Origin: a virus
DNA: 64,000 nt
Reading direction: 5' to 3' (one strand)
Virus record (IMG/VR): IMGVR_UViG_3300008111_000005
Location: 1-64,000 of that record
Part shown: positions 45,846-55,624 of the stretch, in pieces
Position numbering within the stretch: position 1 is the first letter of the stretch
Layout of the letters: every line of letters begins with the position of its first letter
Notes under the pieces: generated by a model
Told to the model about the DNA's origin: nothing
Databases searched by the model: none
What the model saw: only the letters and a program-made list of their open reading frames with translations
Program-made: the position numbers and the translations under genes

Positions 45846-46669
45846 ACATTCTCCTTCAATTCTACTTTCTGAGGTTTCCACCCATTATCTACACCTTGAA
45901 TAACTTCGATGTTTTCCACAACTCCATCGGTAACAGTGACCTTTTGAATCAACTGTACGTATTCTTTAATATCGTTATATGGTATGACTGGAATTTTTAA
46001 GTTTTTCATCATACGCTTCTTTTCCTTCTTGTCACAGAGAAAATAAATATACCGATGTTTGGCTGTTTCCTCTTTTCTCCAAAACGTACGACCAATTCGT
46101 TTTGCTAGATTCTCCACGGATTTATTACCAAACTTTGCCCCCACTGTTCGTGAGTGCATCCACAATCCTCCTTCCTCTAAGAGAAGTGAGAAATCAGGCA
46201 TCAACTTGGAATATCCACATCCCTGATATATCCAATTCGTTGCTCGGTAAATACCACCCGTGTGTGATTGTTCTGGGTCTGCGTAACTGACCAATACTTT
46301 TACTCGTGAATCATTATCTCTCATCCAGTGGAAGGATTGTGCAATAGAATAACTTTCAATATTCTTTCCATACCCATCAAGAATAACCAATCTGGTGAGT
46401 TCTAATACTTCGTCTAGTTCTAATCCGTCTACAATACTATCAACCGTTCTATTACTTACAGGATGCCCATAAGTCATACAACCAATCAACTGTTCGTTTT
46501 CACCGGCAAAGAACATATGTTCAGTTTCCTCACGATAAAAAATCCCTAGGGCATATCGTGTGGAACTGAACTTATGTGTGTAATGATGCTTTTCGATAAA
46601 ATCCCGTGCCACAGCTTTACTAATTTCTCTAACTGAGACACGGGACTTATCAACAAACGTTTGTTCCAT
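45842..46669 (-). CDS. Mom-like GNAT DNA-modification protein (copy 1)
   Basis: HHY, LELTRL, KNIES, VSYADP...HTG.IYRATNW.Y.G. Confidence 0.75.
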   Translation of the reverse strand: MEQTFVDKSRVSVREISKAVARDFIEKHHYTHKFSSTRYALGIFYREETEHMFFAGENEQLIGCMTYGHPVSNRTVDSIVDGLELDEVLELTRLVILDGYGKNIESYSIAQSFHWMRDNDSRVKVLVSYADPEQSHTGGIYRATNWIYQGCGYSKLMPDFSLLLEEGGLWMHSRTVGAKFGNKSVENLAKRIGRTFWRKEETAKHRYIYFLCDKKEKKRMMKNLKIPVIPYNDIKEYVQLIQKVTVTDGVVENIEVIQGVDNGWKPQKVELKENV

Positions 46670-46672
46670 ATA

Positions 46673-47260
46673 TTACTTGATGTCCTGTACCTTATCACAG
46701 ATTTTATATTTCAACGCTTCCTGCGGAGCTAACCACACATCCTGCGGTGGAAGAAGTCGTTCACGAACAACCTTTTCTGCCAATCCAGTACACTTCTTGT
46801 AATGATTAATCATACGAATCGTAGTCAACTCAAACTCACGCATCGTTGCGATGAGTTCGTGCTCCTTACCTACCTGTCCCCACGACCACTGATGTGAGAG
46901 AATACTCGTATTCGGCGTAATGATACGATGTCCCTTCTCACCAGAAATGAATGTTAACAACCCAGCCGATGCGATACATCCAAGACCAATCGTACGAACA
47001 GGGATTGCACTACCTCGCATTACGTCAATAATAGCGAATGCAGCTGACAAGTCACCACCATAACTGGTAATCATCAATGTAAGATGGTCATGCTTCTTAC
47101 TTTTCTGAATGTTTGAATCTAGTATCCACGTAACGACATCTTTTGCTACATTGGTATTAAACTCATCACACAAGTAATAAATTCCAGCATCTCGCATAGT
47201 TGTTACTGGTGCTGCTGGTGCCGATACAATTGGTGCTACTGCGTTAGTAGTTTTTGACAT
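46673..47260 (-). CDS. clpP: ClpP-like protease
   Basis: ITSYGG, GCIASAG (catalytic Ser), SHQ, D.WL...EA. Confidence 0.85.
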   Translation of the reverse strand: MSKTTNAVAPIVSAPAAPVTTMRDAGIYYLCDEFNTNVAKDVVTWILDSNIQKSKKHDHLTLMITSYGGDLSAAFAIIDVMRGSAIPVRTIGLGCIASAGLLTFISGEKGHRIITPNTSILSHQWSWGQVGKEHELIATMREFELTTIRMINHYKKCTGLAEKVVRERLLPPQDVWLAPQEALKYKICDKVQDIK

Positions 47261-47261
47261 A

Positions 47262-47579
47262 TTACTTCTCTAAAATGAGTGAGGGCTTGCTCGGAGCCTT
47301 TTCCACTTCGGTTGCTGCTTCCTCTTCCATTCCCTTGGGAATTACAGGAAGAAATGACTTATTAATATGACCACATGCATTACACGAAAAGGTAGGAATG
47401 GGTACAATTGCTTCCTTACCAGTTGGTGAAATAAGTGCAGACATCCGCTTCATCAACATCACTTGTTCAAAGGTGTAATTACCACAACGTTCACAGGAAA
47501 CATCGTCTGCCTTTGACAAATCCACATTCAACTGCGGCTGTTGCGGTGGTGGTCCACCAAATCGGTTATTCTTTGACAT
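47262..47579 (-). CDS. Zinc-ribbon protein
   Basis: CERCG...SPTGKE...CNACGH. Confidence 0.7.
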   Translation of the reverse strand: MSKNNRFGGPPPQQPQLNVDLSKADDVSCERCGNYTFEQVMLMKRMSALISPTGKEAIVPIPTFSCNACGHINKSFLPVIPKGMEEEAATEVEKAPSKPSLILEK

Positions 47580-47585
47580 AATTCC

Positions 47586-48500
47586 TCAACCATTTAAAAT
47601 GTTATACAACGCTGCTACAAAATTAATTTCCTTATCTACTACAAAACTATCACGATACTGTCCCTCTGCGATTTCTCGGATAGTATGTGGTACTTTTGCC
47701 GGTGCGTAATCAGTTACCTTATCAAAGAGTAATCTATACAGTTCAGCAAAATCCTTTACATTACTATCTGCCACAATCTGTCTTATTTCATTAACCTTAT
47801 CTTTCAATGGAAGATTACTCATCAAGACATCTAACACCTTCAACTTGTAATCCCCAGCGATTACTTCCTCAACGTTGAGTTCCAGTCTACCGCCACTTGT
47901 TTGATTTTGCGAAGTATTAATAATCCGGCGAATGTCTGGGTAATATGCGTTAACCAGGGTTGCGATAACAGACTTATCAAATCCAACATGTTCCTTCTCC
48001 AAAATTTTCATTAAGTGAACTGCCACCTCTTTTTTAGATGGTGGGGTCAACTTGAATACTTGTGCTCTACTAATCAGAGGATCAATAATACGTTCCACAT
48101 AATTACAGGTCAAGATGAAACGAGTATTCTTACTGAACACTTCCATCAAGTTACGAAGTGCTGCCTGTGCCTGTGGGGTAATGTAATCCGCCTCGTCGAG
48201 TACGATAATCTTCAAGGGTTTAAAACTCATTGTTGCTGCGAAGTTCTTAATCTTAGTACGAATCGTATCTACGGAGTTTTCATCCGATGCATTGATAAAC
48301 AAGTAATCACAATCAATATTCTTGACCAGAATCTTTGCTGCGGTAGTCTTACCAGTACCAGCTGTACCGCAGAAGAGTAGATGCGGTACATCTTGCTCTG
48401 CGATAAATTGAGTTAATTTGTTCTTTACGTGTTCGTTACCAATGTAATTCTCCAACGTATCAGGCCGGTAGCGTTCTGCCCAGATTGTATTATCAATCAT
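47586..48500 (-). CDS. Clamp loader large subunit (gp44/RFC)
   Basis: WAERYRP, GTAGTGKTT, NASDE, LDEAD, AQAALR, SRA. Confidence 0.95.
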   Translation of the reverse strand: MIDNTIWAERYRPDTLENYIGNEHVKNKLTQFIAEQDVPHLLFCGTAGTGKTTAAKILVKNIDCDYLFINASDENSVDTIRTKIKNFAATMSFKPLKIIVLDEADYITPQAQAALRNLMEVFSKNTRFILTCNYVERIIDPLISRAQVFKLTPPSKKEVAVHLMKILEKEHVGFDKSVIATLVNAYYPDIRRIINTSQNQTSGGRLELNVEEVIAGDYKLKVLDVLMSNLPLKDKVNEIRQIVADSNVKDFAELYRLLFDKVTDYAPAKVPHTIREIAEGQYRDSFVVDKEINFVAALYNILNG

Positions 48501-49936
48501 TATCTTCCAACCTCATTCAAGTAAGTGTTCTTGGTTTCATCCCAAGTCATCTGAACCATTTTACGATAATATAATGTTTCACCATTTAAACGGTTATTAT
48601 CAAATAGATTCAAATATCTTTTGATTGCTTTATCTCTCCACCATAACATAACACTCTCAACATCATTTGTCAACTTCTGTGATAATATTAGTTTATCTTC
48701 GTTGATTTCTCCACGAAGAAATTCACGAGTATTTTCATAGACAGGTGCGAAGTATACACCACGTTGAAAACCATGCTCATAATCACTTGCTTTAATACCT
48801 AATATCTTAAACAACAATAACATCGTCTGTTGCTTTGGTCCCGTTGGTGGGAATTTGTGTCGTGATTTTTTATCGTATACTTCACCAGATGTATGAACAG
48901 AATAATTGTCTGCTTCTAATTTAGCAATCAATTCTTCTTTGGTGGTTGCAGTGATACGGATAAACTCGTCCGCACATACCCATTCTTCACCTTCTTGTGT
49001 AATATCTGCGACATACGGAATTGTTGCTTTATCAAATCCTTCCGAATGATTAACTTTTAGATAGTTTGCCCACTCTTGGAAAATATCATCGTCTGGTTTC
49101 AATGCAATCTTACCGGCGGTAACTCCTAATTCTTTCCAGAATGGAATTCGTTGGTACATACTGTGTGAACCATACAACGATGTGGTGGTTAATCCCACAA
49201 GGATGTTTCCAAATTTAGAATTCCAGTAATCACGGACAGACTTCGTTGCCAACAACGATGCAACCAATTTACCACCAAGGAAATTATACCCAAACGGTTG
49301 TGTTGGTACGATGGTGGTTCCGATTGATGTTGAGTTGAGTAATCCATCTTCAAATTTATTCTCCTTAGTCCATCCAATCCATTTATCACGAACACCAACA
49401 GAGGCAACATCAGAACCCAATGCACAAACGCCAAGGTACTTACCAGAGTTCTTGTCACGAATAAGAATACGAACAAGACGACCTGGATTTGCCGTAAACT
49501 CAAACGTAGAACACATAACACGAAGATATTTCCAATCACTAAATAACGAAGTATTATCGGGTTCAACAATAACAACTTCTGGATCTAATTTATTGATTTC
49601 TTCAACAGTTAAATCTTTGTTGAGAATATCTGTTGGCCGCCATATTTTGGCTTCAACAATTTGTGCAAGCTGAATATCTTTTGTATTATTAAAATCCGTT
49701 GTTAGTTCTTTCCACTTCTTATACAACGTATTTTCTTGCACCGATTGATTTTTCAACATACCCATATGTTGAACAAACTTATTTTTTTCTACATCAAAAT
49801 CAAACGATGTACCTTCACCACTGAAAAAATCAGTGGCACTGGTGTTCAAGACAACACCACCCTTCGGCGGTTTCTTCGCAGAAGGGGGTGTATACTGTGC
49901 TTGCTTTGGAGTATCGTTGAACTCAAAGAATGACAT
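48500..49936 (-). CDS. DUF4338 / Druantia DruA-like protein
   Basis: NPGR, RDKWIGW, PFGYNFLGGKLVA, TTTSLYG. Confidence 0.7.
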   Translation of the reverse strand: MSFFEFNDTPKQAQYTPPSAKKPPKGGVVLNTSATDFFSGEGTSFDFDVEKNKFVQHMGMLKNQSVQENTLYKKWKELTTDFNNTKDIQLAQIVEAKIWRPTDILNKDLTVEEINKLDPEVVIVEPDNTSLFSDWKYLRVMCSTFEFTANPGRLVRILIRDKNSGKYLGVCALGSDVASVGVRDKWIGWTKENKFEDGLLNSTSIGTTIVPTQPFGYNFLGGKLVASLLATKSVRDYWNSKFGNILVGLTTTSLYGSHSMYQRIPFWKELGVTAGKIALKPDDDIFQEWANYLKVNHSEGFDKATIPYVADITQEGEEWVCADEFIRITATTKEELIAKLEADNYSVHTSGEVYDKKSRHKFPPTGPKQQTMLLLFKILGIKASDYEHGFQRGVYFAPVYENTREFLRGEINEDKLILSQKLTNDVESVMLWWRDKAIKRYLNLFDNNRLNGETLYYRKMVQMTWDETKNTYLNEVGR

Positions 49937-50655
49937 TAGGAAGCTGTCTGAATCTGAACGAGGTAGTAGTCGGTGTTGTAATCAGTGACACCAAACTTGA
50001 CATATGCCAATCCCTTACTACTAACCTTCAAGACACCACTAGCTGCTTCCTTATTGGCAGCGATGATTTCCTTGAAGTATCGTGCAGAGAAATTGATGGG
50101 AGTAATCTTTGCATTCTTTGTAGTTTCTACATCAAGAGTGATACGATTGGTATTCATATCAGAATATCCAAGAACAATCTGTGCAGAATCACCATCACTA
50201 AGGACGGTAAAAGTTTCTACATCGGACAATGCACCACGAGCCTTCAAGAAGGTATTCATCACCTTCTGGTCCAGCTTGATTTCAATATCAAATGCGGGGA
50301 GTTGCTTCAAATCAGGCGCAGCGGGGATAACTGCGGAATCCGCCAATACGTAATCAACCTTTGCGTTACTATCGGTGAGGTGGATAGCAGAAACTCTATC
50401 ACCGACCTTCTTAGTGGTAATCGTAACAGCTTCACCAAGAACTGATAGCATTGATGACAACTGCTTAGTATCAAAGATACCATAGTCACCTTCGTCCAGC
50501 TTGGCGTCCTTAACCGTGACGATACCAAGTACATTCTTGTCGTCGGAAATACACTTTACGGTGATATCATTACCGTCCGACTTCCACAACACACTTTCAC
50601 AAGAACCACCAAGAGAATACTTACTAATGAACTTTTCTAACTTTGTCTTTTCCAT
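49936..50655 (-). CDS. DNA sliding clamp (gp45-like)
   Basis: ~240 aa, GIFDT..L..LSV, C-terminal YYLV; upstream of the clamp loader. Confidence 0.75.
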   Translation of the reverse strand: MEKTKLEKFISKYSLGGSCESVLWKSDGNDITVKCISDDKNVLGIVTVKDAKLDEGDYGIFDTKQLSSMLSVLGEAVTITTKKVGDRVSAIHLTDSNAKVDYVLADSAVIPAAPDLKQLPAFDIEIKLDQKVMNTFLKARGALSDVETFTVLSDGDSAQIVLGYSDMNTNRITLDVETTKNAKITPINFSARYFKEIIAANKEAASGVLKVSSKGLAYVKFGVTDYNTDYYLVQIQTAS

Positions 50656-50674
50656 AACCGTTAACCTCTGTTGT

Positions 50675-51343
50675 TTAATTAAAACCAAACCAATCACCGT
50701 AATGTGATGGGCGTACCGTACCAAAATCTGCACTTATACTTGCTGACAATCGTTTACTTCTTGGAATACACTTATGATACCTTCTGTATGGAATATACAA
50801 CACATCCCCAGGATGTAAAGTGTACACCAAATCTTTTTTTAATAAATCATCATTTAAACAAATAACTTCATTTGGATTTCCGTTCCAAGTTTCTGCGTAT
50901 ACTGTCCAATCGGAAATTCCATCTAATTGTAATATTAACACATATTGGGAATCTGCGTGTGCGTGGAATGACTTGGAAGTATTTTTCAATCCACCGTAAA
51001 TATTTGTACTGACATATCTATTTTGTATCTGTGAAAATATATTTGATGCGTAGAATAGTCCTTTGGTATACCGTTCCATTGCATTTAATATAAATGATTT
51101 ACCATCATAAATTTCAGAAGCTATAGTTTTAGTAGGTGTACTACTTGTTTCTGTACTTCTGTATGTTTCTATTTTTGATTTATTATCACCAATAATAACA
51201 ATATCGGAATTGTGGTAATTATCATTTATATAACTTTCTACATTACTCCACGTAAATATAGATTTGGGTGTACAAGAATTGGTAAGAACAAATGTACGTT
51301 CTTTATCTTCAATAATTTTTTCAAAAACTACATCGTTTACCAT
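50675..51343 (-). CDS. JmjC/cupin-4 2OG oxygenase
   Basis: SFHAHAD, LQLDG..W, LHPGDVLYIP...H, RLSAS. Confidence 0.8.
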   Translation of the reverse strand: MVNDVVFEKIIEDKERTFVLTNSCTPKSIFTWSNVESYINDNYHNSDIVIIGDNKSKIETYRSTETSSTPTKTIASEIYDGKSFILNAMERYTKGLFYASNIFSQIQNRYVSTNIYGGLKNTSKSFHAHADSQYVLILQLDGISDWTVYAETWNGNPNEVICLNDDLLKKDLVYTLHPGDVLYIPYRRYHKCIPRSKRLSASISADFGTVRPSHYGDWFGFN

Positions 51344-51699
51344 CTATCCCACTCCCGCATCCACAATCTGTCAAGTTTACCATAACTAAATCGTGCGAAG
51401 TAATCGTATTTTTTCCCGTCTATCGGAATACCATTGTAAAATCTAATATCACCGTGCAAATCTGTCAAGTAGTCCCTGCGATAAGTACCTTCTACTTTTT
51501 TTAAATATCCTTTTACAATAGGTCGTGTTTCATCGTCTACCCATTCATAATCCCACTTCTCACAATATATCTGACCCTTTGCAGTAATAACATATTGTTC
51601 CATAACATTATCAAATGATTTTGTTTGGAATTCTTCGTTAGTAATAAAGGAATATCCCGGTAATTGTATTTCACATTTTATATAATCAAACATTCCCAT
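51337..51699 (-). CDS. Hypothetical phage protein (MGMFD family)
   Basis: MGMFDYI, FQTKS motifs. Confidence 0.65.
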   Translation of the reverse strand: MGMFDYIKCEIQLPGYSFITNEEFQTKSFDNVMEQYVITAKGQIYCEKWDYEWVDDETRPIVKGYLKKVEGTYRRDYLTDLHGDIRFYNGIPIDGKKYDYFARFSYGKLDRLWMREWDRW

Positions 51700-51702
51700 A
51701 CT

Positions 51703-52308
51703 TTACTCCTTTACAAAAGCAGTTTCTTCTGGATTAATTCCTATACTTTCTACATAATATATTTTGTGATTCACTTTTAATTTTATTGGTAATTTCCAAT
51801 TAGTGAAGCTATCTTCCCACCATCGTACCCGATTGTTTGGCATGGCTGCGAGATACCCCTCTTCCGACACCAACATATTAAAACTTTTATCTTGTTGTGG
51901 TGCGTTGGAATAACCATCATCATAAAATTCGATTGCCCATCCCAATCCACGGCCGGAAAATTTGTTACCGTGCGAATCCACCCACTCAGCACTTAATCCT
52001 TTGGAAAACTTCATATCTATAATACCAAATTCTGCACCGAAGCATCCCCACACTTGATGAGTATGTAAATTTTTTGCAGGAGGTATTTGTTTGGTGGTAT
52101 CTTGTCCAATAACAAGTCCGTGAATGGGTACACCACGATATTGTGCACCATTTTCCAATAACACAGAAAATGTCAACGCTTGGGTGGGTCTAACTGAGAC
52201 TGCATGAATAATACAATTATCTAGTCCAGTGTCCGTTCCATTGGTAATAAATTCACGACGAACTTTACCATATAAGTGATACGGAAGAGATGCGGTCAAC
52301 GAATACAT
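51703..52308 (-). CDS. Hypothetical phage protein
   Basis: VRREF, LENGA, P.H, PNNRV.W motifs. Confidence 0.6.
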   Translation of the reverse strand: MYSLTASLPYHLYGKVRREFITNGTDTGLDNCIIHAVSVRPTQALTFSVLLENGAQYRGVPIHGLVIGQDTTKQIPPAKNLHTHQVWGCFGAEFGIIDMKFSKGLSAEWVDSHGNKFSGRGLGWAIEFYDDGYSNAPQQDKSFNMLVSEEGYLAAMPNNRVRWWEDSFTNWKLPIKLKVNHKIYYVESIGINPEETAFVKE

Positions 52309-53162
52309 TACATTAATTTGGATAATGTTTTAAGTGTGTCTTTATATTCTTCTTGATAATCACGAGTCCATCGGTACAATCCAAGAAGTAATTGTGCTCC
52401 CTTTTCCGTGGTATGTGCCTTTAACATCAAAGCCTCCAAGGATTCGTTCAATCTGTCTCCCCACTTCTTCGCGTAACCCAACCAATGGTAATGTGCTTTA
52501 AAATCGTGTTGTACGAAACGTAGAGATACTTCAGCTTCACCTAAGAATGAGGCATATGCATGAAGTGACGCACTAATGGGACGGCCTGATGCTTTGTGTC
52601 CAACAGCAGCTTGTGCTGTGTCATCATAACTATTCACAATAGAGTGATGTAGTTCTTCAACTGGATTTAAGACAAATTCATTATTGTGATGTAACATATC
52701 GAATACTTCTGGTGTACATCCCTTTCCAAATCCTAGTGCTGTAAATTTCCAATGAATCATTTCGTGATACATGTTTCGAACCGTAACCACTGCATCACCA
52801 GGAAGAGGAGCCATAACAATCCAAGAATTTGGATATTCAACTGCCGCCAACTGACATGAGAATTCGTTCCTATCGGCTGCAAGTTCGATTGGAGTGAATA
52901 CATCCACTAAATTTGTTATGGTATTCCATATAGTAGGTACTGCTCGTGGAGCAATTTGTGCCAATGTATTTAAGTGAGAATCGTTATTGGCAAATGAGGT
53001 GGGTAATGTAGATGGATTAAAAGAATGAACATACATACCAGAAACTTTCTTATATGGAAATTCTTTTTTAACAAATCCCTTTTGCAACTTAATTTGTTTA
53101 AACACCTCTACATCATAACCATCGGGTTGTGCTTGGATAACCCTACTATAATCTATTGTCAT
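52308..53162 (-). CDS. HExxH-domain protein, aKG-HExxH peptide hydroxylase-like (paralogue 2)
   Basis: NMYHEMIHWKF; RPISASLHAYASF; clear paralogue of 6655-7494. Confidence 0.6.
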   Translation of the reverse strand: MTIDYSRVIQAQPDGYDVEVFKQIKLQKGFVKKEFPYKKVSGMYVHSFNPSTLPTSFANNDSHLNTLAQIAPRAVPTIWNTITNLVDVFTPIELAADRNEFSCQLAAVEYPNSWIVMAPLPGDAVVTVRNMYHEMIHWKFTALGFGKGCTPEVFDMLHHNNEFVLNPVEELHHSIVNSYDDTAQAAVGHKASGRPISASLHAYASFLGEAEVSLRFVQHDFKAHYHWLGYAKKWGDRLNESLEALMLKAHTTEKGAQLLLGLYRWTRDYQEEYKDTLKTLSKLM

Positions 53163-53533
53163 AAAACCTCTTCCCATGCATACTGGGCGTTTAATTTAAA
53201 GGTACCGACATATCCACCCCAGAACGCTTGAGCAGGATTTACCAGTGATATAAAAGCAGATCCATTTTGCTTCTTATATAGATAGTAAGTATCCCCAATA
53301 TTCGGCTTAAAACTTATTGAACTTTCATACAACATTTTATTGATAGAATATTCTCGTACCAACTTTTCATAATCCCGTACAACAACATCATACCGTTCTT
53401 TAAAATAATGTTTAAACGTGGGAGACACTTCTGCTTTCCAAGTATCAACATCAACTGGATGAATTGTTGCTGGTGCGTTAGGTGTGATTCCATACGTTAA
53501 TGCGTTTGGATTTTTATTTTCATCATCGTTCAT
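53159..53533 (-). CDS. Hypothetical protein (DUF2452-like)
   Basis: LTYG, FKPNIGDTYYLY, F.SL..P..W. Confidence 0.55.
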   Translation of the reverse strand: MNDDENKNPNALTYGITPNAPATIHPVDVDTWKAEVSPTFKHYFKERYDVVVRDYEKLVREYSINKMLYESSISFKPNIGDTYYLYKKQNGSAFISLVNPAQAFWGGYVGTFKLNAQYAWEEVL

Positions 53534-54114
53534 AATGCGTAGGTATAGATGTGTTTTGGTTTGGTTTTTATTACCTGTACGCCTGGGTCACCACGTTTGT
53601 ATCTGTTATTGATTTCCACCCCGTATGGTCTATCCACCATAGTAAGTGTGCGAACGTGGAACGATTTTCCGTCTACCATCAATGTAGTTCCTGGCGCAGT
53701 CATACCTTCGTATTTAAAGTTTGCTGCTTTATAAATAATACCTTTGTGTCCTTGCTGTTCGTCTGCATAGCTGACTACGAATTTCCACTCACTATTTTTT
53801 CGTAACCATTTTAATGTCCTACCTACAAAAAAACTTTCAGCGTTCTTTGGCGTGTCATCAATTAAACATAATCTACGAAGTTCTAAACATTTGTCAGGAT
53901 TGGTGGGATAATATTTCTGTGCCGCAGAAGCACCTGCTGGACGGGTATAAACGCAAACACCCACCAATTCTGGCAGGAATGTTCCTTCGCGAAATAATCC
54001 AAATGTTTCTTTTTCTTGTATATTCACATAATCCGAATAATGCCAACGACGAAGAAAATTTCTAACTGTTTCCGAAAAACTGATATGCTCTACAAAATAG
54101 TTTTCTAATGCCAT
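53530..54114 (-). CDS. Mom-like GNAT DNA-modification protein (copy 2)
   Basis: WHYS, LELRRL, PKNAES, VSYAD..QGHKG.IYKAANF.Y.G. Confidence 0.75.
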   Translation of the reverse strand: MALENYFVEHISFSETVRNFLRRWHYSDYVNIQEKETFGLFREGTFLPELVGVCVYTRPAGASAAQKYYPTNPDKCLELRRLCLIDDTPKNAESFFVGRTLKWLRKNSEWKFVVSYADEQQGHKGIIYKAANFKYEGMTAPGTTLMVDGKSFHVRTLTMVDRPYGVEINNRYKRGDPGVQVIKTKPKHIYTYAL

Positions 54115-54127
54115 AATCACCTCATAG

Positions 54128-54244
54128 TGGCGGTGGGGGATTCGAACCCCACATAGGTTTCCCTAAGTCCTTGGCTAGCGTAGTAAAAGATATAACGAGT
54201 AGCGAGCCCAATTTACTACCGTCGTCCCGACCGACTGCACCGCC
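54128..54244 (-). ncRNA. Non-canonical tRNA-like RNA (117 nt)
   Basis: GGCGGTG/CACCGCC-A acceptor stem, GTCG/CGAC D-like arm, GGGG-TTCGAAT-CCCC T arm, TAGG-GAAA-CCTA arm; no normal anticodon loop. Confidence 0.7.
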
Positions 54245-54250
54245 TGTATT

Positions 54251-55351
54251 TTAAAAGTCTCCCAATTCTCTAATACCGACTCCCACTGGGAAGATGGGTA
54301 TACCATCTCTGGATAATTCTTGATACCTCACAGTCACATATAAACCAATCAGTTTAGAGCGGTTCTTGTAAAGTTCTCTACGATTTTCTTGTGATCCTTC
54401 CGGACGGCAATTAAAATGCTGTCCATCATCGGTTTCGAGAATAAATATGGCGAGATTCTTATCGCTTCCATCACCGTCAATAATATCAACAATACGATAT
54501 TCAGCATCAATAAAATCCTTTAATTTAAGTAGTGAATATGACCGTTTTCCAATTTCATACTGCATATCTGGATTTCGAATCATCGTTCCTTCAAACCCAT
54601 CACGAGTGAATGACTTATGCCAGACCAACACATCCGCCTCATTGAAAGCTTCCCACGTAGGAACACGAACAACGTTGGGGGGAGCATCGTGGAGAATATC
54701 ATGAATAATCTGCTGACGTTTCGCATAAGGAAGTTCACTATCCACAATATCATATACGTGATATAAAAGATTTGGTGACAATTCTGGACGATATTTCTTG
54801 ATTGCCGTCATACTCTCCTGCAACAGTACGTTGTTCGGCAACATCAGCTCACCATCAAGAATAAACCCGCCTGCATCAAACTTCAAGTGCTGAATCACTT
54901 CGGGAATGACTTCCTTGTTTCCCCGACTCCAACCGTTCTCACCATCGAACAGCATTCGCATCCCGTTCAACTTGGGCTGAACGTAAACAGGAAACTCCAC
55001 CTTTCCCTTGTGGTCGGAGAACTTATGGGCGAGCATCGGCATTGGACGAACATCTTTCCGTTCACCCTTTGCACGGAATCCCTTGTCACGTTGCTTCTTG
55101 ATAACGGCATCATACTCAAAGTCTGCCTGCTCTTGGGAATTTCGTTCATTTGCACGACCAACGTTCGTGGGAGCAGCAAAGTATGGTTCGGAGGTCTGAC
55201 GTTTCGTTTCACGACCAGTCTTACTAATCTGGTACCATTCAGTCTGCGTGTAATAGTCTGCACCGTCCTTGACGATGTGTAAACGCCAGAACTTTTCACC
55301 ACCATTCTTGTTTTCGGAAATTAACCATTCACTTGACTTGACGATTTTCAT
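54251..55351 (-). CDS. ATP-dependent DNA ligase
   Basis: PMLAH, QPKLNGMR, LDGEL, YDI, EGTMIR, LLKLK, FPV. Confidence 0.92.
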   Translation of the reverse strand: MKIVKSSEWLISENKNGGEKFWRLHIVKDGADYYTQTEWYQISKTGRETKRQTSEPYFAAPTNVGRANERNSQEQADFEYDAVIKKQRDKGFRAKGERKDVRPMPMLAHKFSDHKGKVEFPVYVQPKLNGMRMLFDGENGWSRGNKEVIPEVIQHLKFDAGGFILDGELMLPNNVLLQESMTAIKKYRPELSPNLLYHVYDIVDSELPYAKRQQIIHDILHDAPPNVVRVPTWEAFNEADVLVWHKSFTRDGFEGTMIRNPDMQYEIGKRSYSLLKLKDFIDAEYRIVDIIDGDGSDKNLAIFILETDDGQHFNCRPEGSQENRRELYKNRSKLIGLYVTVRYQELSRDGIPIFPVGVGIRELGDF

Positions 55352-55580
55352 TTGATAACCCTGTCGAGGATGAACATAATGATTAAAGAAATCAGAAACA
55401 ACTTTGCACCGAATAACCAGTCCCATGTCATGAAATATCCCTCTCCGAATCCATCTTCATAATAGCATAACTGATATGGGCATATATTGCACTAATCAAC
55501 ACGAAGATTGCGAACAATCCCACAATGATAACACTGGTTTTGAATAGCATGTTAATCTCCAAGGAATAGGGGATGTATGA

Positions 55581-55609
55581 AATATATCACACATCCCACA
55601 AAATGTCAA
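55581..55609 (-). promoter_or_regulatory. sigma70-type promoter
   Basis: TTGACA-17-TATATT; -10 flanked by GGGATGT/ACATCCC inverted repeat. Confidence 0.75.
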
Positions 55610-55624
55610 GTCCTTTATTAAATA

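Noticed and set aside
48500-49936. Complete Druantia defence system
   Set aside because: No DruE helicase or other dru genes; a single gene within the replication operon
54128-54244. Canonical tRNA with assignable anticodon, or tmRNA
   Set aside because: No 7-nt U33 anticodon loop, no G3:U70 pair and no tag ORF
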